Origin: Kofleriaceae bacterium
GTDB lineage: Bacteria > Myxococcota_A > Polyangia > Haliangiales > Haliangiaceae
Assembly (NCBI GenBank): GCA_965215005.1
Contig: CBDCCZ010000004.1
Location: 160,001 to 224,000, forward strand
DNA length: 64,000 nt
Direction: 5' to 3'
This document shows positions 1-11,920 of this stretch, piece by piece. Numbering within the stretch: position 1 is the first letter of the stretch; the number at the start of each line of letters is the position of its first letter. The translations under genes and the position numbers were made by a program. A model generated the notes under the pieces. It had not been told where the DNA came from. It was given only the letters and a program-made list of their open reading frames with translations, and searched no databases.

Positions 1-154
1 GAGCCGGATCGTCGGCCGGGGTTTCGACGGGGTCAATGGGATCGGGAAGGTCTTGAGCGAGAGCGCTCGCAGGCATCCCGAGCAGGAGTAGAGCGGCGGC
101 TGCGCCGCTGACTTTTCCAGCCGCGGTGAGGGCTCGATAGGCTTGAATTAGCAT
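1..154 (-). CDS. N-terminal fragment of a secreted protein (runs off the window)
   Basis: Manual translation from ATG at 154 gives MLIQAYRALTAAGKVSGAAAALLLLGMPASALAQDLPDPIDPVETPADDPA, a Sec-type signal peptide with an ALA-Q cleavage site; open to the window edge. Confidence 0.6.
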   Translation of the reverse strand, partial: MLIQAYRALTAAGKVSGAAAALLLLGMPASALAQDLPDPIDPVETPADDPA

Positions 155-381
155 TGTGGCGCGCGGCTGTGCACCACAGATGCCATGTCATAGCCGCCGG
201 CGACGCAAGTGAGCTTGCGGGAGACCCTTTGTCTAAGCCTCTACGAGCGGTTTCGCCGGGAGCAGTCGCGAACTGCGTTCATGCGGAATCGCCTCAATGC
301 GGCGAAACGTCACGAGCGTTGCTGCTCGACCGGCACGTCGGGCCCGGTCCATCGCATCGAGGAGGTCCGCAGCTCACGCTC

Positions 382-1131
382 TCAATCCTCGCGAAGATCG
401 CGAAGGAGCGCACTGCCCGCCACCGGACCACTCTCGTCTTCGACCATGCGCAAATACAGCTGCGCGCTTTTGTTGCTCGGATCGCGATTGAGCACAGCGC
501 GCCACTCACGAATGGCATCGGCTTTGCGCCCGAGCGAGAAGAGTGTGACGCCCAGGAAGATGCACGCTGGGACGTATTCTGGGCGTTGTCTCTTGGCCTG
601 CTCGAACTCGGCAATCGCCGCATCGAACCTGCCCATATCGCGATAGACGTTGCCGAGGCGCGTGCGCAAATCGATGAATTCGGGACATAAGTCGAGCGCT
701 TTGGAGTATTCGCGGACGGCTTCGTCGTAGAGTCCGATGCCCGCGTACACGGCACCGAGATCTGCGTGCATGTTGCCTATCTTGCCGCGGGCGAACGGAT
801 CGATGCTGCGCGGTTGTTGATAGGAGTTGTTGATGGCCCGCGCATACACCTCGCGCGCCTGATCATACTTGCCGCGATCGTTGTAGGTGACCGATAGGTT
901 GAGTGCTGCTTCGGTGTAATTGGGGTTGAGCTGCAGCGCGGTCTCGAAGGCCTCTTCCGCTTCGGCAAATCGACCCTGGCTATAAAAAATGACACCAAGC
1001 ATGTTGTGAACGTCGGGAAAGCTAGGCTGCGCCGACACCACTTGACTCAGATACTGCTCAGCGCGCTCGTACTCGCCAGCGTTGTAGTGCTCGCGTCCCA
1101 GAGTGATGAGTTGCCGCAGCCGTTCGTCCAT
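382..1131 (-). CDS. Tetratricopeptide repeat protein
   Basis: Multiple TPR units ([52 protein letters not shown]); directly downstream of bamD. Confidence 0.9.
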   Translation of the reverse strand: MDERLRQLITLGREHYNAGEYERAEQYLSQVVSAQPSFPDVHNMLGVIFYSQGRFAEAEEAFETALQLNPNYTEAALNLSVTYNDRGKYDQAREVYARAINNSYQQPRSIDPFARGKIGNMHADLGAVYAGIGLYDEAVREYSKALDLCPEFIDLRTRLGNVYRDMGRFDAAIAEFEQAKRQRPEYVPACIFLGVTLFSLGRKADAIREWRAVLNRDPSNKSAQLYLRMVEDESGPVAGSALLRDLRED

Positions 1132-1143
1132 GCGTTGCGCCGC

Positions 1144-1962
1144 CTATTGGCTAAGGGCTAACTTCGAAAGCTCGCTGCGAGCCTCGCCTGCGTGCTCGTG
1201 CTCGGGGTGTTCTTTGACGAGCTCTTGCCAGGTCGCTGTGGCGCGATCGAGCATTCCGACCTTCTTATAGGCGCGGCCTAGCAGCCACAACGCATTTGCA
1301 TCGTAGCCGACGCCGCTGTAGCGCTTGAGCAGCCGGCGCAGCCGCAGCACCGTGCCCATCGGCTTGCCGCGATCCCAATAAAAGTTGGCCACGTACCACT
1401 CATGCGCCGCGAGGCGATCGGCGACGTTGGCCAGGAGCTCTTTGCCGCGCTTGGTGTACGGCGAGTCCGGGTACTTCTGCAGGAACGCGCGCAGCTCGCG
1501 CTCGGCATCGGAGCTCGCTGACTGATCCTTTTCGTGCGCTGGCGGCAAAAGCCACCAGTCATCGGGCAGCATGCGCGTATAGGCCTCGCCGATGCGAAAC
1601 GCGGCATAGCCGTTGGTGACCATCTCGTGCGTGGGATGGAACTTGATGAAGAGCTTGTAGCTATCGATCGCTTGCGGATGATGACCGGCGGCGAACTCGG
1701 CATCCGCGAGGCGGAGCTCGGCGAGCACGGCGTACTTCGAGTAGGGAAAACGAGCTTTGAGAAACGAGAAGTACTTGGCGGCGGCGATGTAGTCCTCGTC
1801 GCCGAGCTCGGTTTGGCCTTTGTCGTAGTTTTCTTTGGCCGAGACAGCGTAATTGACGCTGCCTTCCGAGGTTCCCCCGCAGGCGCTCGCGACGCTGGCG
1901 AGCGTTGCGAGGATGATGACTCTTGTTACCGAAACCATTCGAGAAAACCGATTCACGTTCAT
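1144..1962 (-). CDS. bamD: Outer membrane protein assembly factor BamD (lipoprotein)
   Basis: Lipobox VASAC; motifs FPYSKYAVLAELRLADA, FIKFHPTH, KYPDSPY, LAAHEWYVANFY; start at 1962 or 1938. Confidence 0.88.
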   Translation of the reverse strand: MNVNRFSRMVSVTRVIILATLASVASACGGTSEGSVNYAVSAKENYDKGQTELGDEDYIAAAKYFSFLKARFPYSKYAVLAELRLADAEFAAGHHPQAIDSYKLFIKFHPTHEMVTNGYAAFRIGEAYTRMLPDDWWLLPPAHEKDQSASSDAERELRAFLQKYPDSPYTKRGKELLANVADRLAAHEWYVANFYWDRGKPMGTVLRLRRLLKRYSGVGYDANALWLLGRAYKKVGMLDRATATWQELVKEHPEHEHAGEARSELSKLALSQ

Positions 1963-2062
1963 TCTATATCCAGGCGCTATCGAAGGGTCAAGCAAGCGTT
2001 TGACTCGCACCGACCGATGGCCGTTGCATTGCCGGTTGGCGTCGCGGCTATACTGCCGCGCC

Positions 2063-2752
2063 ATGCCGGCACGAGCCCTGCCACGTCCATATCACGTCGC
2101 TGCGCGCTTGGCGCTCGCTGTCGCTGCGCTGAGCCTATCTTGTGGCGGTGCGGGCAGCGACGCGACCACGCTGCCGCCGCGGTTCACCCGCGCCACCTTG
2201 GTCGGACCCTTGTGTGATGCGGACCGCTGCCAGTGCCACAACGAGGCCGGCAGCGACGCCGGCGCTCCGCCGAGCTCGGAGCTCAAGCGGTTCGAGGTGC
2301 GCCTTGGACCGGTGGAAAATGAGCTGTGGGTCGAGCTCGACGGCATGACCTTTTACAAAGGCACGGAGCGGGCCGAGGAGTGCTTCTACGTCGACTTGGC
2401 GCCCGGCCAGCACCCGGTCGTGATTCATGGCGCCGGGGACCCTGGCTTTGGCGCGCGCATGTCCGTCGCCGAGCGGGGCCAAGGGGGCTGGTACGACACC
2501 TTCGAGTTTGGCTGTGGCGCCCCCGGCTGGTGCGACTTCGACGGGCTGAAGGAGTGGGAGCAGGCGGTTTTGAGGGCGCCACGGCAGCTGCATGATCCGT
2601 GTGGGTCCACCAAGATTCGCGACGCGGAATGGAAGGCCGGCGGCGCCGTCGACCGCACCCATCCTCAGCACCTCGAGGTCAACCTGGTGCTCGACGTCTA
2701 TGATTTCACTCCACAGCACAATCCTGGCGATCCTGCCTGCGCTAACAAGTAA
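2063..2752 (+). CDS. Hypothetical Cys-containing lipoprotein
   Basis: Lipobox LSLSC; paired cysteines; TATACT 8 nt before the ATG at 2063. Confidence 0.7.
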   Translation: MPARALPRPYHVAARLALAVAALSLSCGGAGSDATTLPPRFTRATLVGPLCDADRCQCHNEAGSDAGAPPSSELKRFEVRLGPVENELWVELDGMTFYKGTERAEECFYVDLAPGQHPVVIHGAGDPGFGARMSVAERGQGGWYDTFEFGCGAPGWCDFDGLKEWEQAVLRAPRQLHDPCGSTKIRDAEWKAGGAVDRTHPQHLEVNLVLDVYDFTPQHNPGDPACANK

Positions 2753-2784
2753 AACGGCGCGTTGCCCAAGCGAGTAGTACTGAC

Positions 2785-4713
2785 GTGTTCACGTATCCTG
2801 AAACTTACGATGTCGTCGTGGTCGGCGCGGGCCATGCCGGCTGTGAAGCCGCGCTGGCCGCTGCTCGGCTAGGTGCGCGCGTGTTGGTCCTAACTGGCAA
2901 TCTCGAGATGGTTGCTCAGATGTCCTGCAATCCGGCGATCGGTGGCGTCGCCAAGGGCCATTTGGTCAAAGAGATCGATGCCCTGGGCGGCGAGATGGCC
3001 AGTGTCATCGACGAAACCGGCATCCAATTTCGCCGTCTCAATCTATCGAAGGGACCGGCGGTGCGTTCGACGCGCGCGCAAGCCGATAAGCGCCGCTATC
3101 GCGAGCAGATGCGCCAGCGACTCGAAGCGCAAGAGCGACTCTCCTTGCGTCAAGCGGAGGTGAGTGAGCTCTTCACCGAGAATGGCCGCGTGGTGGCGGT
3201 GGGCACTAAGATGGGGGTGGCGTTTCGCACCCGCACCGTCATCCTCACTACCGGCACGTTTTTGCGCGGGAGAATCTTTGTTGGCAAGGAGCGCTCCGAT
3301 GGCGGCCGTGCTGGCGAAGCGCCAGCGCTGGGGCTATCGCAGTCACTTGCCGAGCTCGGTTTTCCGCTCGCGCGCCTCAAGACCGGCACCCCGTGCCGCC
3401 TCGACGGCGCCACGCTCGATCTCGCCGCGCTCGAGGAGCAGCCAGGGGACACGCCGGCACCGCGATTTCGCGTGCTCGCGCCCATTGGAGAGACGCCACC
3501 GCTGCCGCAGCGCGTGTGTTGGGTGACCTACACCAGTGAAGCGACTCATAGCGTTATCCGCGACAACTTGCACCGCTCGCCGCTCTTCGCAGGTGACATC
3601 GACGGTGTCGGTCCGCGCTATTGCCCCAGCATCGAAGACAAAGTGGTGCGGTTCGCCGATAAGCCGCGCCACCAGGTGTTCCTCGAGCCAGAAGGCATCG
3701 ACACCGACGAGTTTTATCCCAACGGGATCTCCACCTGTTTGCCCTACGACGTACAGCTGGCGTTTCTGCGCACCATACCGGGGCTCGAACGCGCGGAGAT
3801 GACGCGGCCTGGATACGCCGTGGAATACGATTTCGTCGATCCGCGTGAGCTGTGGCCGACGCTGGAGACTCGCCGGGTGCGCGGGCTGTTCCTCGGTGGA
3901 CAGATCAATGGCACCTCGGGGTACGAAGAAGCAGCTATCCAGGGCTTGCTCGCAGGGATCAACGCGGCGCTGTCGCTGGGGCTTGGCCACAATCGTGAGG
4001 ACGGCCTGGTGTTGCGACGCGACCAAGCCTATGCCGGCGTGCTCGTCGACGACCTGGTGGCGAAAGGCACTCGTGAGCCGTATCGCATGTTCACCTCGCG
4101 GGCCGAATATCGCCTCATACTGCGCGAAGACAACGCCGCTGAGAGATTGCTGCCCATCGGCCGGTCGCTTGGTTTGATAGATGACGATCGTTGGCGGCTA
4201 TTTACCGCTCGCCAGCAGGCACTCACCGCCGAGCTCGAGCGCGTTCGGGTGGCCACGGTTAATGATACTGTCGCCGTCAATGAGGCGCTCGTGCGCGAGG
4301 GGTCGGCGCCACTGAAAAACGGTCGCCGCGCGACGCTCGCGGAGCTCATGCGGCGGCCGGAGATGAGCTACGAGTCGACGTGTCGAGTGGCCGTGGCGGG
4401 CGGACTCGGCGAGGCTTTGGGTGATGCGCACGTTGCCGAGCGGGTGGAGATCGAGTGCAAGTATGCGGGCTATCTCGACCGCCAGCGCAGCGATGCGCAG
4501 CGATTGGCGCGCTATGAGGATGTAGGTTTGCCGGTGGATCTCGACTATCGAAGCATCCATGGTCTCTCTACGGAGGCCATCGAGAAGCTCGAGAGCCAGC
4601 GGCCGCGCTCGCTGGGACACGCGTCTCGCATTAGCGGAATCACGCCGGTGGCCGTTTCGATTCTGCTCGCGCACCTCGATATCGAGCGGCTGCGTGCAGC
4701 TGGCGAGCTTTAA
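2785..4713 (+). CDS. mnmG: tRNA uridine-5-carboxymethylaminomethyl modification enzyme MnmG (GidA)
   Basis: [13 protein letters not shown]-binding motif, [33 protein letters not shown]. Confidence 0.98.
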   Translation: MFTYPETYDVVVVGAGHAGCEAALAAARLGARVLVLTGNLEMVAQMSCNPAIGGVAKGHLVKEIDALGGEMASVIDETGIQFRRLNLSKGPAVRSTRAQADKRRYREQMRQRLEAQERLSLRQAEVSELFTENGRVVAVGTKMGVAFRTRTVILTTGTFLRGRIFVGKERSDGGRAGEAPALGLSQSLAELGFPLARLKTGTPCRLDGATLDLAALEEQPGDTPAPRFRVLAPIGETPPLPQRVCWVTYTSEATHSVIRDNLHRSPLFAGDIDGVGPRYCPSIEDKVVRFADKPRHQVFLEPEGIDTDEFYPNGISTCLPYDVQLAFLRTIPGLERAEMTRPGYAVEYDFVDPRELWPTLETRRVRGLFLGGQINGTSGYEEAAIQGLLAGINAALSLGLGHNREDGLVLRRDQAYAGVLVDDLVAKGTREPYRMFTSRAEYRLILREDNAAERLLPIGRSLGLIDDDRWRLFTARQQALTAELERVRVATVNDTVAVNEALVREGSAPLKNGRRATLAELMRRPEMSYESTCRVAVAGGLGEALGDAHVAERVEIECKYAGYLDRQRSDAQRLARYEDVGLPVDLDYRSIHGLSTEAIEKLESQRPRSLGHASRISGITPVAVSILLAHLDIERLRAAGEL

Positions 4714-4794
4714 GCGGTATCGACCGTCGGGTTCGGCCGCTCAACGCTTGATCTTCGCCCCCTAGACCCCGATTCTGGCGATAAGGGGGAGCCG

Positions 4795-6351
4795 ATGATG
4801 CAACGTAATCTGCAGGCCAACATCGTGAGGCTCATGGCGCTCGCGGCGCTTATCGCACCTGTGCCCGCGGTGGCTGGAGGGCTGTATTTGCCGGGCGTTG
4901 GGCCAGTGGCGCAGGCGCGCGCTGGAGCCTTCGTCGCCAACGCGGGGGACGGCTCGGCGCTTTACTACAACCCGGCGGGCTTCGCGAAGCACCAGGGCAC
5001 GACAGTGCTGCTAGGGGCTAACTTCATCGACATGTCGCTGCGCTATCAACGCGCTGGAGCCTACGAAAACGTGCCTGGACAAGAGCTGCCGTATGCAGGT
5101 CAGCCGTTTGCCGCTGTCGAGGATGCCTCGTCGCCGGCGGTCGGCATTGGCGGCTTTCAGGCATTGCCCCTGTTGGTGGTGAGCACGGATCTCGGGCTCG
5201 AGATACCGGGCTTGCGCTTTGGCGGCGGTTTCTTCGTGCCCAACGGGTTTCCAGAGCGCGACTTTGGCAGCGATTACACATTTGAAGAAGAGGGCGTTCC
5301 GCCGCCACCCCAGCGATATGACGTGGTCTCGCAGGATGCAAGCACCATCGTGCCGTCCGTTGCGGTCGGCTATCGAGTGCACGACACCCTCGACATTGGC
5401 GCACGCGCCAGTTGGGGTATCGCGGGCATGAAGGCCACGACGTACACGTGGGGGTTGGCGAACCACGAAGAGTGGGTTGCGAGGGATGGCGAGTTTCGTA
5501 TCGACGTTAGTGACAACTTCGTCCCTTCCTTTGGCATTGGAATCCTCTATCGTCCTGCGGACGCCATCGAGGTTGGCGCTGCTTACAACAGCAAGATGAT
5601 CATTGATGGCAAGGGCACTGGCGTGGCGACACTCGGTAGCGACTTGACGATTGGTGGTCAGCTCATTCCATCGCCCGATCCCCGCTGTGCGAGCGGCGGC
5701 ACGCCCGAGGCCTTGAAGGTATGCGCAACGATCCCGCTTGCGCGCACCGCGACCGTGGGCGGCCGCTACATCGTGCGCGATGCTCGCGGGGCCGAGCGTG
5801 GTGACGTCGAGCTCGATGTCCGTTGGGAGGACTGGTCGAGTGCGTCCGACTTCGACATCGTCGTCGATGCTAGCTCGTCGCTGCTTGGGCCGCTGAGCAA
5901 GACCGTCGTTCGCCACAACCTCCATGACAGTGTGTCGTTTCGCTTGGGTGGCTCGTGGGCCTTTGCCGTCGGCGAGCATCGGCTCATCGCTCGTGGCGGC
6001 GCCGCTTACGACACGGCGGCGGCCGATGAGAGCTGGACGCGGCTCGACTTCGACAGTGCTGCTCGAACCACACTCGCGCTCGGCGCGGGCTATGAGCTCG
6101 GTCGCTTTCGCGTCGACGTCGGCGGTGGCGTGGTGCTCGAGAGCGACCGCCGCGTCGCGCTGTGCAACCGCGGCGAGGCAGATCCCGGATGCGATGGCTC
6201 TGCGCAGCCGCCACCGGTGTCCGAGCGGACCCAGCCCGACCCCGTGCAGCCGATCCAAGGACCGGCGGCGCAAGCGCAAAGCCCGTTCAACGGCGGTGAA
6301 TACAGCTCGGGATACGTGCTGCTCAGCCTCGGGCTATCGGCGCAGTTTTGA
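4795..6351 (+). CDS. FadL/OmpP1/TodX-family outer membrane hydrophobic-substrate channel
   Basis: Signal peptide; N-terminal hatch-like ARAGAFVA...SALYYNPAG; alternating beta-strands; C-terminal Phe. Confidence 0.85.
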   Translation: MMQRNLQANIVRLMALAALIAPVPAVAGGLYLPGVGPVAQARAGAFVANAGDGSALYYNPAGFAKHQGTTVLLGANFIDMSLRYQRAGAYENVPGQELPYAGQPFAAVEDASSPAVGIGGFQALPLLVVSTDLGLEIPGLRFGGGFFVPNGFPERDFGSDYTFEEEGVPPPPQRYDVVSQDASTIVPSVAVGYRVHDTLDIGARASWGIAGMKATTYTWGLANHEEWVARDGEFRIDVSDNFVPSFGIGILYRPADAIEVGAAYNSKMIIDGKGTGVATLGSDLTIGGQLIPSPDPRCASGGTPEALKVCATIPLARTATVGGRYIVRDARGAERGDVELDVRWEDWSSASDFDIVVDASSSLLGPLSKTVVRHNLHDSVSFRLGGSWAFAVGEHRLIARGGAAYDTAAADESWTRLDFDSAARTTLALGAGYELGRFRVDVGGGVVLESDRRVALCNRGEADPGCDGSAQPPPVSERTQPDPVQPIQGPAAQAQSPFNGGEYSSGYVLLSLGLSAQF

Positions 6352-6420
6352 GCGCTGCGGGCATCCTGCGCGGGTGACGAACGGGTTCGCCTCCGGCGCT
6401 TGGTCCGCTAGAGTGTCGGG

Positions 6421-7243
6421 ATGTCGCAGTTCGACCATTTCCAGGGCACCGATACCTACATAGCGTCGGCAGACCTGCGCCACGCTGTCAACGTGGCCAT
6501 CGCACTCCAGCGTCCGCTGTTGATTCGCGGCGAGCCGGGCACCGGCAAGACACTCTTAGCCGAGAACGTCGCCGCGTCGCTGGGGTTGCCGCTCATGACT
6601 TGGCACATCAAGTCCACCACCAAGGCGCAGGATGGTCTTTACGTCTACGACACGGTCGCGCGGCTGCACGACAGTCGCTTTGGCGACGGCGACGTCAAAG
6701 ATATCTCTAAGTACATTCAACTTGGTCCCTTGGGCCGGGCCCTCAGCTCTTCTGAGAAGGTGGTCTTGTTGATCGATGAGATCGACAAAGCCGACATCGA
6801 GTTCCCCAACGACTTGCTGCTAGAGCTCGACTCGATGCGGTTTCGCGTGAGCGAGACCGGCGAGGAGATCGTCGCCAAAGAGCGACCGTTCGTGCTGATT
6901 ACCTCCAACAATGAGAAGGAGCTGCCGGATGCGTTCCTGCGCCGCTGCATCTTCCACTATATCGAATTTCCCACGCCGGAGCTCATGGCGCGCATCGTTC
7001 GCGTTCATCATCCCGATGTCGCCGATAAGGTGCTAGACCAGTGCCTCGACGTGTTCTATGGGCTGCGAGGAGTCAAGCGGCTGCGCAAGCCCCCCATCTA
7101 CGAGTGAGCTCATTGACTGGATTTGTGCCCTGCAGCGAGCGGGTGTCGATTTGAGCAAGATCGGCGGTGGCATTCCGTTTCTCGGCACGCTGCTAAAGAC
7201 CGAGCAAGATATCGAGCTAATGGGTAAACGCGCCAAAGCGTGA
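6421..7243 (+). CDS. MoxR-family AAA+ ATPase (one frameshift at ~7090-7095)
   Basis: Walker A GEPGTGKT, Walker [21 protein letters not shown]; removing one C from the C6 run restores [11 protein letters not shown] and reads through to the stop at 7243. Confidence 0.9.
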
Positions 7244-7250
7244 GGCTATC

Positions 7251-8462
7251 GTGCTAATCGACTTCCTCTACGAGCTTCGGCGACACAAGCTCAACGTTTC
7301 GAGTCATGAGTGGCTAACGCTCATGGAAGCCTTGGGCAAGGGCCTCCATGAATCGTCTCTCGATGGTTTCTATCACCTCGCTCGATCTGTTTGCGTCAAA
7401 GACGTGGCCGAGTTCGATGCATTCGATCAGGCGTTTGCCAGCTATTTTCGCGGCGTGCATAGCGATGCCTTGGCAATGTCTCAGGAGCTGCTCGACTGGC
7501 TGCGCGACCCCAAGCAGTTCGCCGGACTGAGCGACGAAGAGCGGCGACTCCTCGAAGAGCTCGATCTCGAGCGATTGCGGCAGATGTTTGAAGAGCGTCT
7601 GCGCGAGCAAAAAGAGCGTCATGATGGCGGCAATCGCTGGATCGGCACCGGTGGTACGTCTCCGTTTGGCCATGGGGGTCATCATCCCAGCGGCCTGCGA
7701 ATCGGAGGTCCGGGAGGCGGGCGCTCGGCCATGCAAGTGGCTGAGGAACGCCGCTATCGCGAGTACCGCAAAGACTTGGTGCTCGATGTGCGGCAGATCG
7801 ACCTGGCTTTGCGCGAGCTTCGGCAGCTCGGCCGCGAAGGTGCGGTGGAGGAGCTCGACCTCGGCTCGACCGTCGACCAAACTTGCAAAAACGCTGGTGA
7901 CCTCGAGTTAGTCTGGCGCGCACCGCGACGCAACAAGGTCAAGCTGGTCTTACTCATGGACGTCGGCGGCTCGATGGATCCCTACGCGCAGCTCGTGGGG
8001 CGCCTGTTTACTGCCGCCTCGAGGAGCGGGCGCTTTGCCCGCTTTCGCAGCTATTACTTTCACAACTGCGTCTACGACAACGTCTACGAAGACTCCTACT
8101 TTCGGCAGCCGGTGCCGGTTGCCGATCTCTTGCACGGCTCCGATCGCGACGAAAAGCTCGTTATTGTCGGCGATGCGCTCATGCATCCCGGGGAGCTGCT
8201 TAGCGCGGGTGGCGCCATCTACTTCTACGAGAACAACCGGTCCGCGGGCATCGACTGGCTGCGCAAGCTGGCGGAGCACTTTCATCGCAGCGTTTGGCTC
8301 AACCCCGAGCCGAAGCGCTTTTGGCCCCGCACTACAATAGAAGTCGTCGCCAGCGTCTTCGGCATGTACGAGCTAACGCTCGAGGGGCTCGAGGAGGCGG
8401 TGCGTTACCTAGTGCGTGGGGGGCGCGGCGCGGCGCTGGCGGAGCTCGCTCGACCGATGTGA
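7251..8462 (+). CDS. VWA-domain (CoxE-like) partner of MoxR
   Basis: MIDAS-like [36 protein letters not shown]; adjacent to moxR. Confidence 0.88.
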   Translation: MLIDFLYELRRHKLNVSSHEWLTLMEALGKGLHESSLDGFYHLARSVCVKDVAEFDAFDQAFASYFRGVHSDALAMSQELLDWLRDPKQFAGLSDEERRLLEELDLERLRQMFEERLREQKERHDGGNRWIGTGGTSPFGHGGHHPSGLRIGGPGGGRSAMQVAEERRYREYRKDLVLDVRQIDLALRELRQLGREGAVEELDLGSTVDQTCKNAGDLELVWRAPRRNKVKLVLLMDVGGSMDPYAQLVGRLFTAASRSGRFARFRSYYFHNCVYDNVYEDSYFRQPVPVADLLHGSDRDEKLVIVGDALMHPGELLSAGGAIYFYENNRSAGIDWLRKLAEHFHRSVWLNPEPKRFWPRTTIEVVASVFGMYELTLEGLEEAVRYLVRGGRGAALAELARPM

Positions 8463-8475
8463 CGAGTCAGCAGAC

Positions 8476-9909
8476 CTACCCTCCGTAAGCGGCGGCGAGC
8501 ATGGCGGCGGCGAGCAACACCGTCGCCGCCACCGCGAGGATGACCGTCCACCGACGTGGTGATTGCAGACGGATGACGTCGAGCACAGCGGCGGCTGGCG
8601 CCGGAAAGCGAGCGGCGGCCTCGGGTGAGGTGGTCATCGCGTTGCTCTCGCTCGATAGCGGAGCATGAGGCGGCGCTGGTTTGCTGGCCTCGGATGGACG
8701 AGGCGTAACAATGGTACGCGCAGAGTGAAACGCCTGCTCGTGAGCTGTTGCAGCGGCAGGAGATTGCCTTGCAAGCTCGGCTTCAGCGGCTAGCTCGGGG
8801 CCGAAAGTTTGGCTCAGATAGCGCCGCAGCTGCCGGCGTGAAAAACAAAGGCCGGTGTCGAATAGGGCCTCGCCAAAGGCGCGAGCCGTTGCCCAACGCC
8901 GGCTGCGCTGCTTGTGCAGGGCCTTGTGCACGACCGCCTCGACGACGGCTGGCAGGTCGCCGCGGAGCAGCGTGAGCGGCGGCGCTGGATCATCTTTGAC
9001 CGCGTGGAATGTAGCAACGTCATTGTTTCGCCTGAACAGACGCAGGCCGCTGAGCGCTTCGTGCATGACGACTGCGAGCGAGAACAAATCGGAGCGGCGA
9101 TCGAGCGGTTCTGCCCGCACCTGCTCTGGGGACATATAGGCTGCCTTGCCCTTCACGATGCCGACGCGGGTGTGGGCGCTATCGGTGCACTTGGCGATGC
9201 CGAAGTCCAGAACCTTGACGTCACCCTCGCTCGTGCAAAACAGGTTCGGCGGCGAGATGTCGCGATGCACCAGAGCACGCGGTCGCTCCCATTCGTCGGC
9301 GAGCTCATGCGCGAAGTGCAGCCCTTCGAGCGCCTCGAGCGCGACCCCGAGCACGAACCCAACCGGCAGCCGAATATCTAGCTCGGCGGCGAGTGACATG
9401 ACGTCAGCGAGCGACAATCCATGGAGATACTCCATGACGTGAAAATAGGTGCCGTCTTGCGAGCCGAGGTCGATCGCTGGGCACAAGTTTGGATGGCGCA
9501 GCGTCGCGCTGAGGCGCGCCTCCTGCAGGAACATCTCGACGTAAGCTTGTTCCTGCGCGAGGTGGGGCAGCAGACGCTTCACCGCTACGCGCCGGCGGAA
9601 ACCGGCCGCGGCGCGATAGTCGGCAAGATACACTTCACCCATACCGCCGGAAGCGAGCAGCGCGAGCAGAGTGTAGCTTTGGTGCGTGGCGCGGTCGCGG
9701 TGGCCAGGTCGGACGACCTCGGGCTGGCTGACTCCATTGACGCAGGAGACCCCATTGTCAGCGCGTGGAGGGGAGCTGGCGGGCGCTGTAGGCCGGCGGG
9801 GCAGGAGCTCCGGGCAGGCGGTAGGCAAGTGCAACATGCGAACTCGTCTGCAAATTGCACGGCTCGTGCCCAGATTCCTCCGGCAGGACGGCGACGGCAG
9901 CGTAGGCAC
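8476..9909 (-). CDS. Ser/Thr protein kinase (Hanks type) with C-terminal TM helix; start uncertain
   Basis: ASGGMGEVY, VAVK, HRDISPPN, DFG, YMSPEQ; hydrophobic C-terminus. Confidence 0.9.
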   Translation of the reverse strand: MPTLPSPSCRRNLGTSRAICRRVRMLHLPTACPELLPRRPTAPASSPPRADNGVSCVNGVSQPEVVRPGHRDRATHQSYTLLALLASGGMGEVYLADYRAAAGFRRRVAVKRLLPHLAQEQAYVEMFLQEARLSATLRHPNLCPAIDLGSQDGTYFHVMEYLHGLSLADVMSLAAELDIRLPVGFVLGVALEALEGLHFAHELADEWERPRALVHRDISPPNLFCTSEGDVKVLDFGIAKCTDSAHTRVGIVKGKAAYMSPEQVRAEPLDRRSDLFSLAVVMHEALSGLRLFRRNNDVATFHAVKDDPAPPLTLLRGDLPAVVEAVVHKALHKQRSRRWATARAFGEALFDTGLCFSRRQLRRYLSQTFGPELAAEAELARQSPAAATAHEQAFHSARTIVTPRPSEASKPAPPHAPLSSESNAMTTSPEAAARFPAPAAAVLDVIRLQSPRRWTVILAVAATVLLAAAMLAAAYGG

Positions 9910-10365
9910 ACACGATTCCAGTTTGGAGAATGGAAACCGCCGCCGCCGTCCATACCAGAGAAAATGATTGTGGAGGCTCGAGCTCAGCGCGCGGCTCAGT
10001 CATGAGCGGTCCTGTTGAAATCGATAATCACTTTCAAAAGCTATGGGTTCTTTGTACAGCGTGTGGCGGTGGTCGTCAACTGCCTTACGCACGACGAGAG
10101 CGGACGGAGCGACGGTTCAACTTGACCCGAGTAGCCGGGCCGTCGTGGCCATCCACTGCTAGACGGCCAACGAAGAGCGGAAGGTCTCCATCCGCGCAAT
10201 GGCGGCAAGCAGCTCGAGATGGTCAATGAGGTCGGTGAGTTGGCGCGATGCGCAGGAGACCGCGCCGAGCTTGGCGCACGAGATATTCGGGCTGCCTCGG
10301 GCTGGTGAGTCGTTTGCACAGTGCCTCGTCTGCAGATCACGATGATCCAGCTTCGGAGATGTACT

Positions 10366-11814
10366 ATGCGAGTTCATTGGGCACTGGCGGCGAGCGCTGC
10401 TTTGTTTGGTTCGGCGTGCCTCGATCAAGGGGACGCCAGCGATGTTGATTTCGATCCAAATCGTGCCAACGTCGGCACGTCAGATTCCACCGCTGGCGTG
10501 GTGGCGGTGTTGGTTGGCAAAGACGATGGAATCGCTCCGTGTACCGGCACCGTCATCGAGCGGAACGTCGTTCTGACCGCGGCGCATTGCGTCGAGGGAG
10601 CGAACTGGGTCGAGATCTATCAAGGCGATACGTTTCCCATTCCCTACGCTTCAGGTACGGGGATCGCGGGGCAGGTGCTGGCGGATAGCGAGTGGGACGC
10701 GGCCACTCGCACTGCAAGCAATCCAACCAACGACGCAACGGAAGGGCATGACCTCGCCTTGATCGTCGCTGGTAGTGACCTAAACGTTACGCCGCTGCCG
10801 GTGAGCTTCGAGCGCGTTACCAGCGCCTCACTCGGCGGCGTGCCGATTCGCTCCGTTGGCTACGGGCTCGACGGGAACAACGAAAACCGTGGGACGAAGC
10901 GTTCGGCGACGACGCGTGTACGAAGCGTCAAGAGCAATCACATCGAAGTCGATCCGGTCGTCTGCGATGGCGACTCCGGTGGACCCCTGCTCGCAAACCT
11001 CGATGGTCGTGAGGTGATCATTGGCGTGTCCGCGTTTAGCGACGGCCCCGTCAACGCGCTTTGCAAAGACAATGTCAGTAGCTACATAAATCGCACCGAT
11101 ACCGAAGCGGCGTTTCTGCGCTGGGGCCTCGAGAACCTCGCCCAGAAGGGAATTCTCGCGGCACCCTTCAGCAATCACCGGTCGCCACCATTCTCGGACT
11201 TGGTCGTCGTCGATGGCGAGCAGCGCCTGGTCGAGCTCGCCTTGGGTGAGATCATGGCTCTGCACGCGGCAAGCATCATTGGTGGCTACCGCGATGGCAG
11301 CTTTCGGCCCCAGCAATCGATCACTCGAGCGGAGCTCGCAGCCGTGTTGGCCGCAGCATTTACTTCGGGTACGGGGGCATCCAGCTCCTTTAGCGACGTT
11401 CCACCCGACTCCTGGGCCAAACCGGCCATCGATGCGGTCGTCTCCGCAGGCTTCATGCGCGGGTACGCCGATGGGACGTTCAAGCCCGCAGCCAACGTCA
11501 CTCGGCAAGAGGTGCTGGTTGCGCTAGCGAGCGGACTGCGTCTGCCTGCAGGCGACTTTGCGCGCGTCGCCGCTGATTACATCGACGACGCAGCCGTGCC
11601 GGAATGGGCTCGTGCGGGCGTGGCTGCAGCCCACGATGCCGGGCTTCTTCACAACGTGCTATTGACTCGCGCCGCGTCCGCCGAGGGCCTCGAGCTCCGT
11701 CCGACCACCGATGCCACGCGCGCCGAGGCCGTCTCGTTCATCTGGCAAGGGTATCAGCGGCAAGGCGCAGAGGCGTATCCGTGCCGGTTCCGCTTCGGCT
11801 GTACAACGAACTGA
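10366..11814 (+). CDS. Lipoprotein: trypsin-like (S1) serine protease fused to three SLH domains
   Basis: GGAG SD; lipobox FGSAC; triad TAAHC / HDLAL / GDSGGP; SLH signatures GYRDGSFRPQQSITRAE, FSDVPPDSWA...GYADGTFKPAANVTRQE, RPTTDATRAE. Confidence 0.85.
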   Translation: MRVHWALAASAALFGSACLDQGDASDVDFDPNRANVGTSDSTAGVVAVLVGKDDGIAPCTGTVIERNVVLTAAHCVEGANWVEIYQGDTFPIPYASGTGIAGQVLADSEWDAATRTASNPTNDATEGHDLALIVAGSDLNVTPLPVSFERVTSASLGGVPIRSVGYGLDGNNENRGTKRSATTRVRSVKSNHIEVDPVVCDGDSGGPLLANLDGREVIIGVSAFSDGPVNALCKDNVSSYINRTDTEAAFLRWGLENLAQKGILAAPFSNHRSPPFSDLVVVDGEQRLVELALGEIMALHAASIIGGYRDGSFRPQQSITRAELAAVLAAAFTSGTGASSSFSDVPPDSWAKPAIDAVVSAGFMRGYADGTFKPAANVTRQEVLVALASGLRLPAGDFARVAADYIDDAAVPEWARAGVAAAHDAGLLHNVLLTRAASAEGLELRPTTDATRAEAVSFIWQGYQRQGAEAYPCRFRFGCTTN

Positions 11815-11920
11815 CAGCAATGCTGCTGAGTAAGCGGATCACGACTGAGAACGAGAACCGCATCCCGCACTCGCCGCGGATCGCCCACGAGCGCAGCAGT
11901 TGCCCAGATTCGTTGAGGTG

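Noticed and set aside
7088..7107. Programmed frameshift or phase variation in moxR
   Set aside because: Only a C6 run, with no slippery heptamer or stimulatory structure; similar indels occur in unrelated genes
9910..10365. Short overlapping ORFs or an ncRNA between the kinase and the protease
   Set aside because: No recognisable motifs, consistent coding pattern or convincing structure; treated as a divergent promoter region
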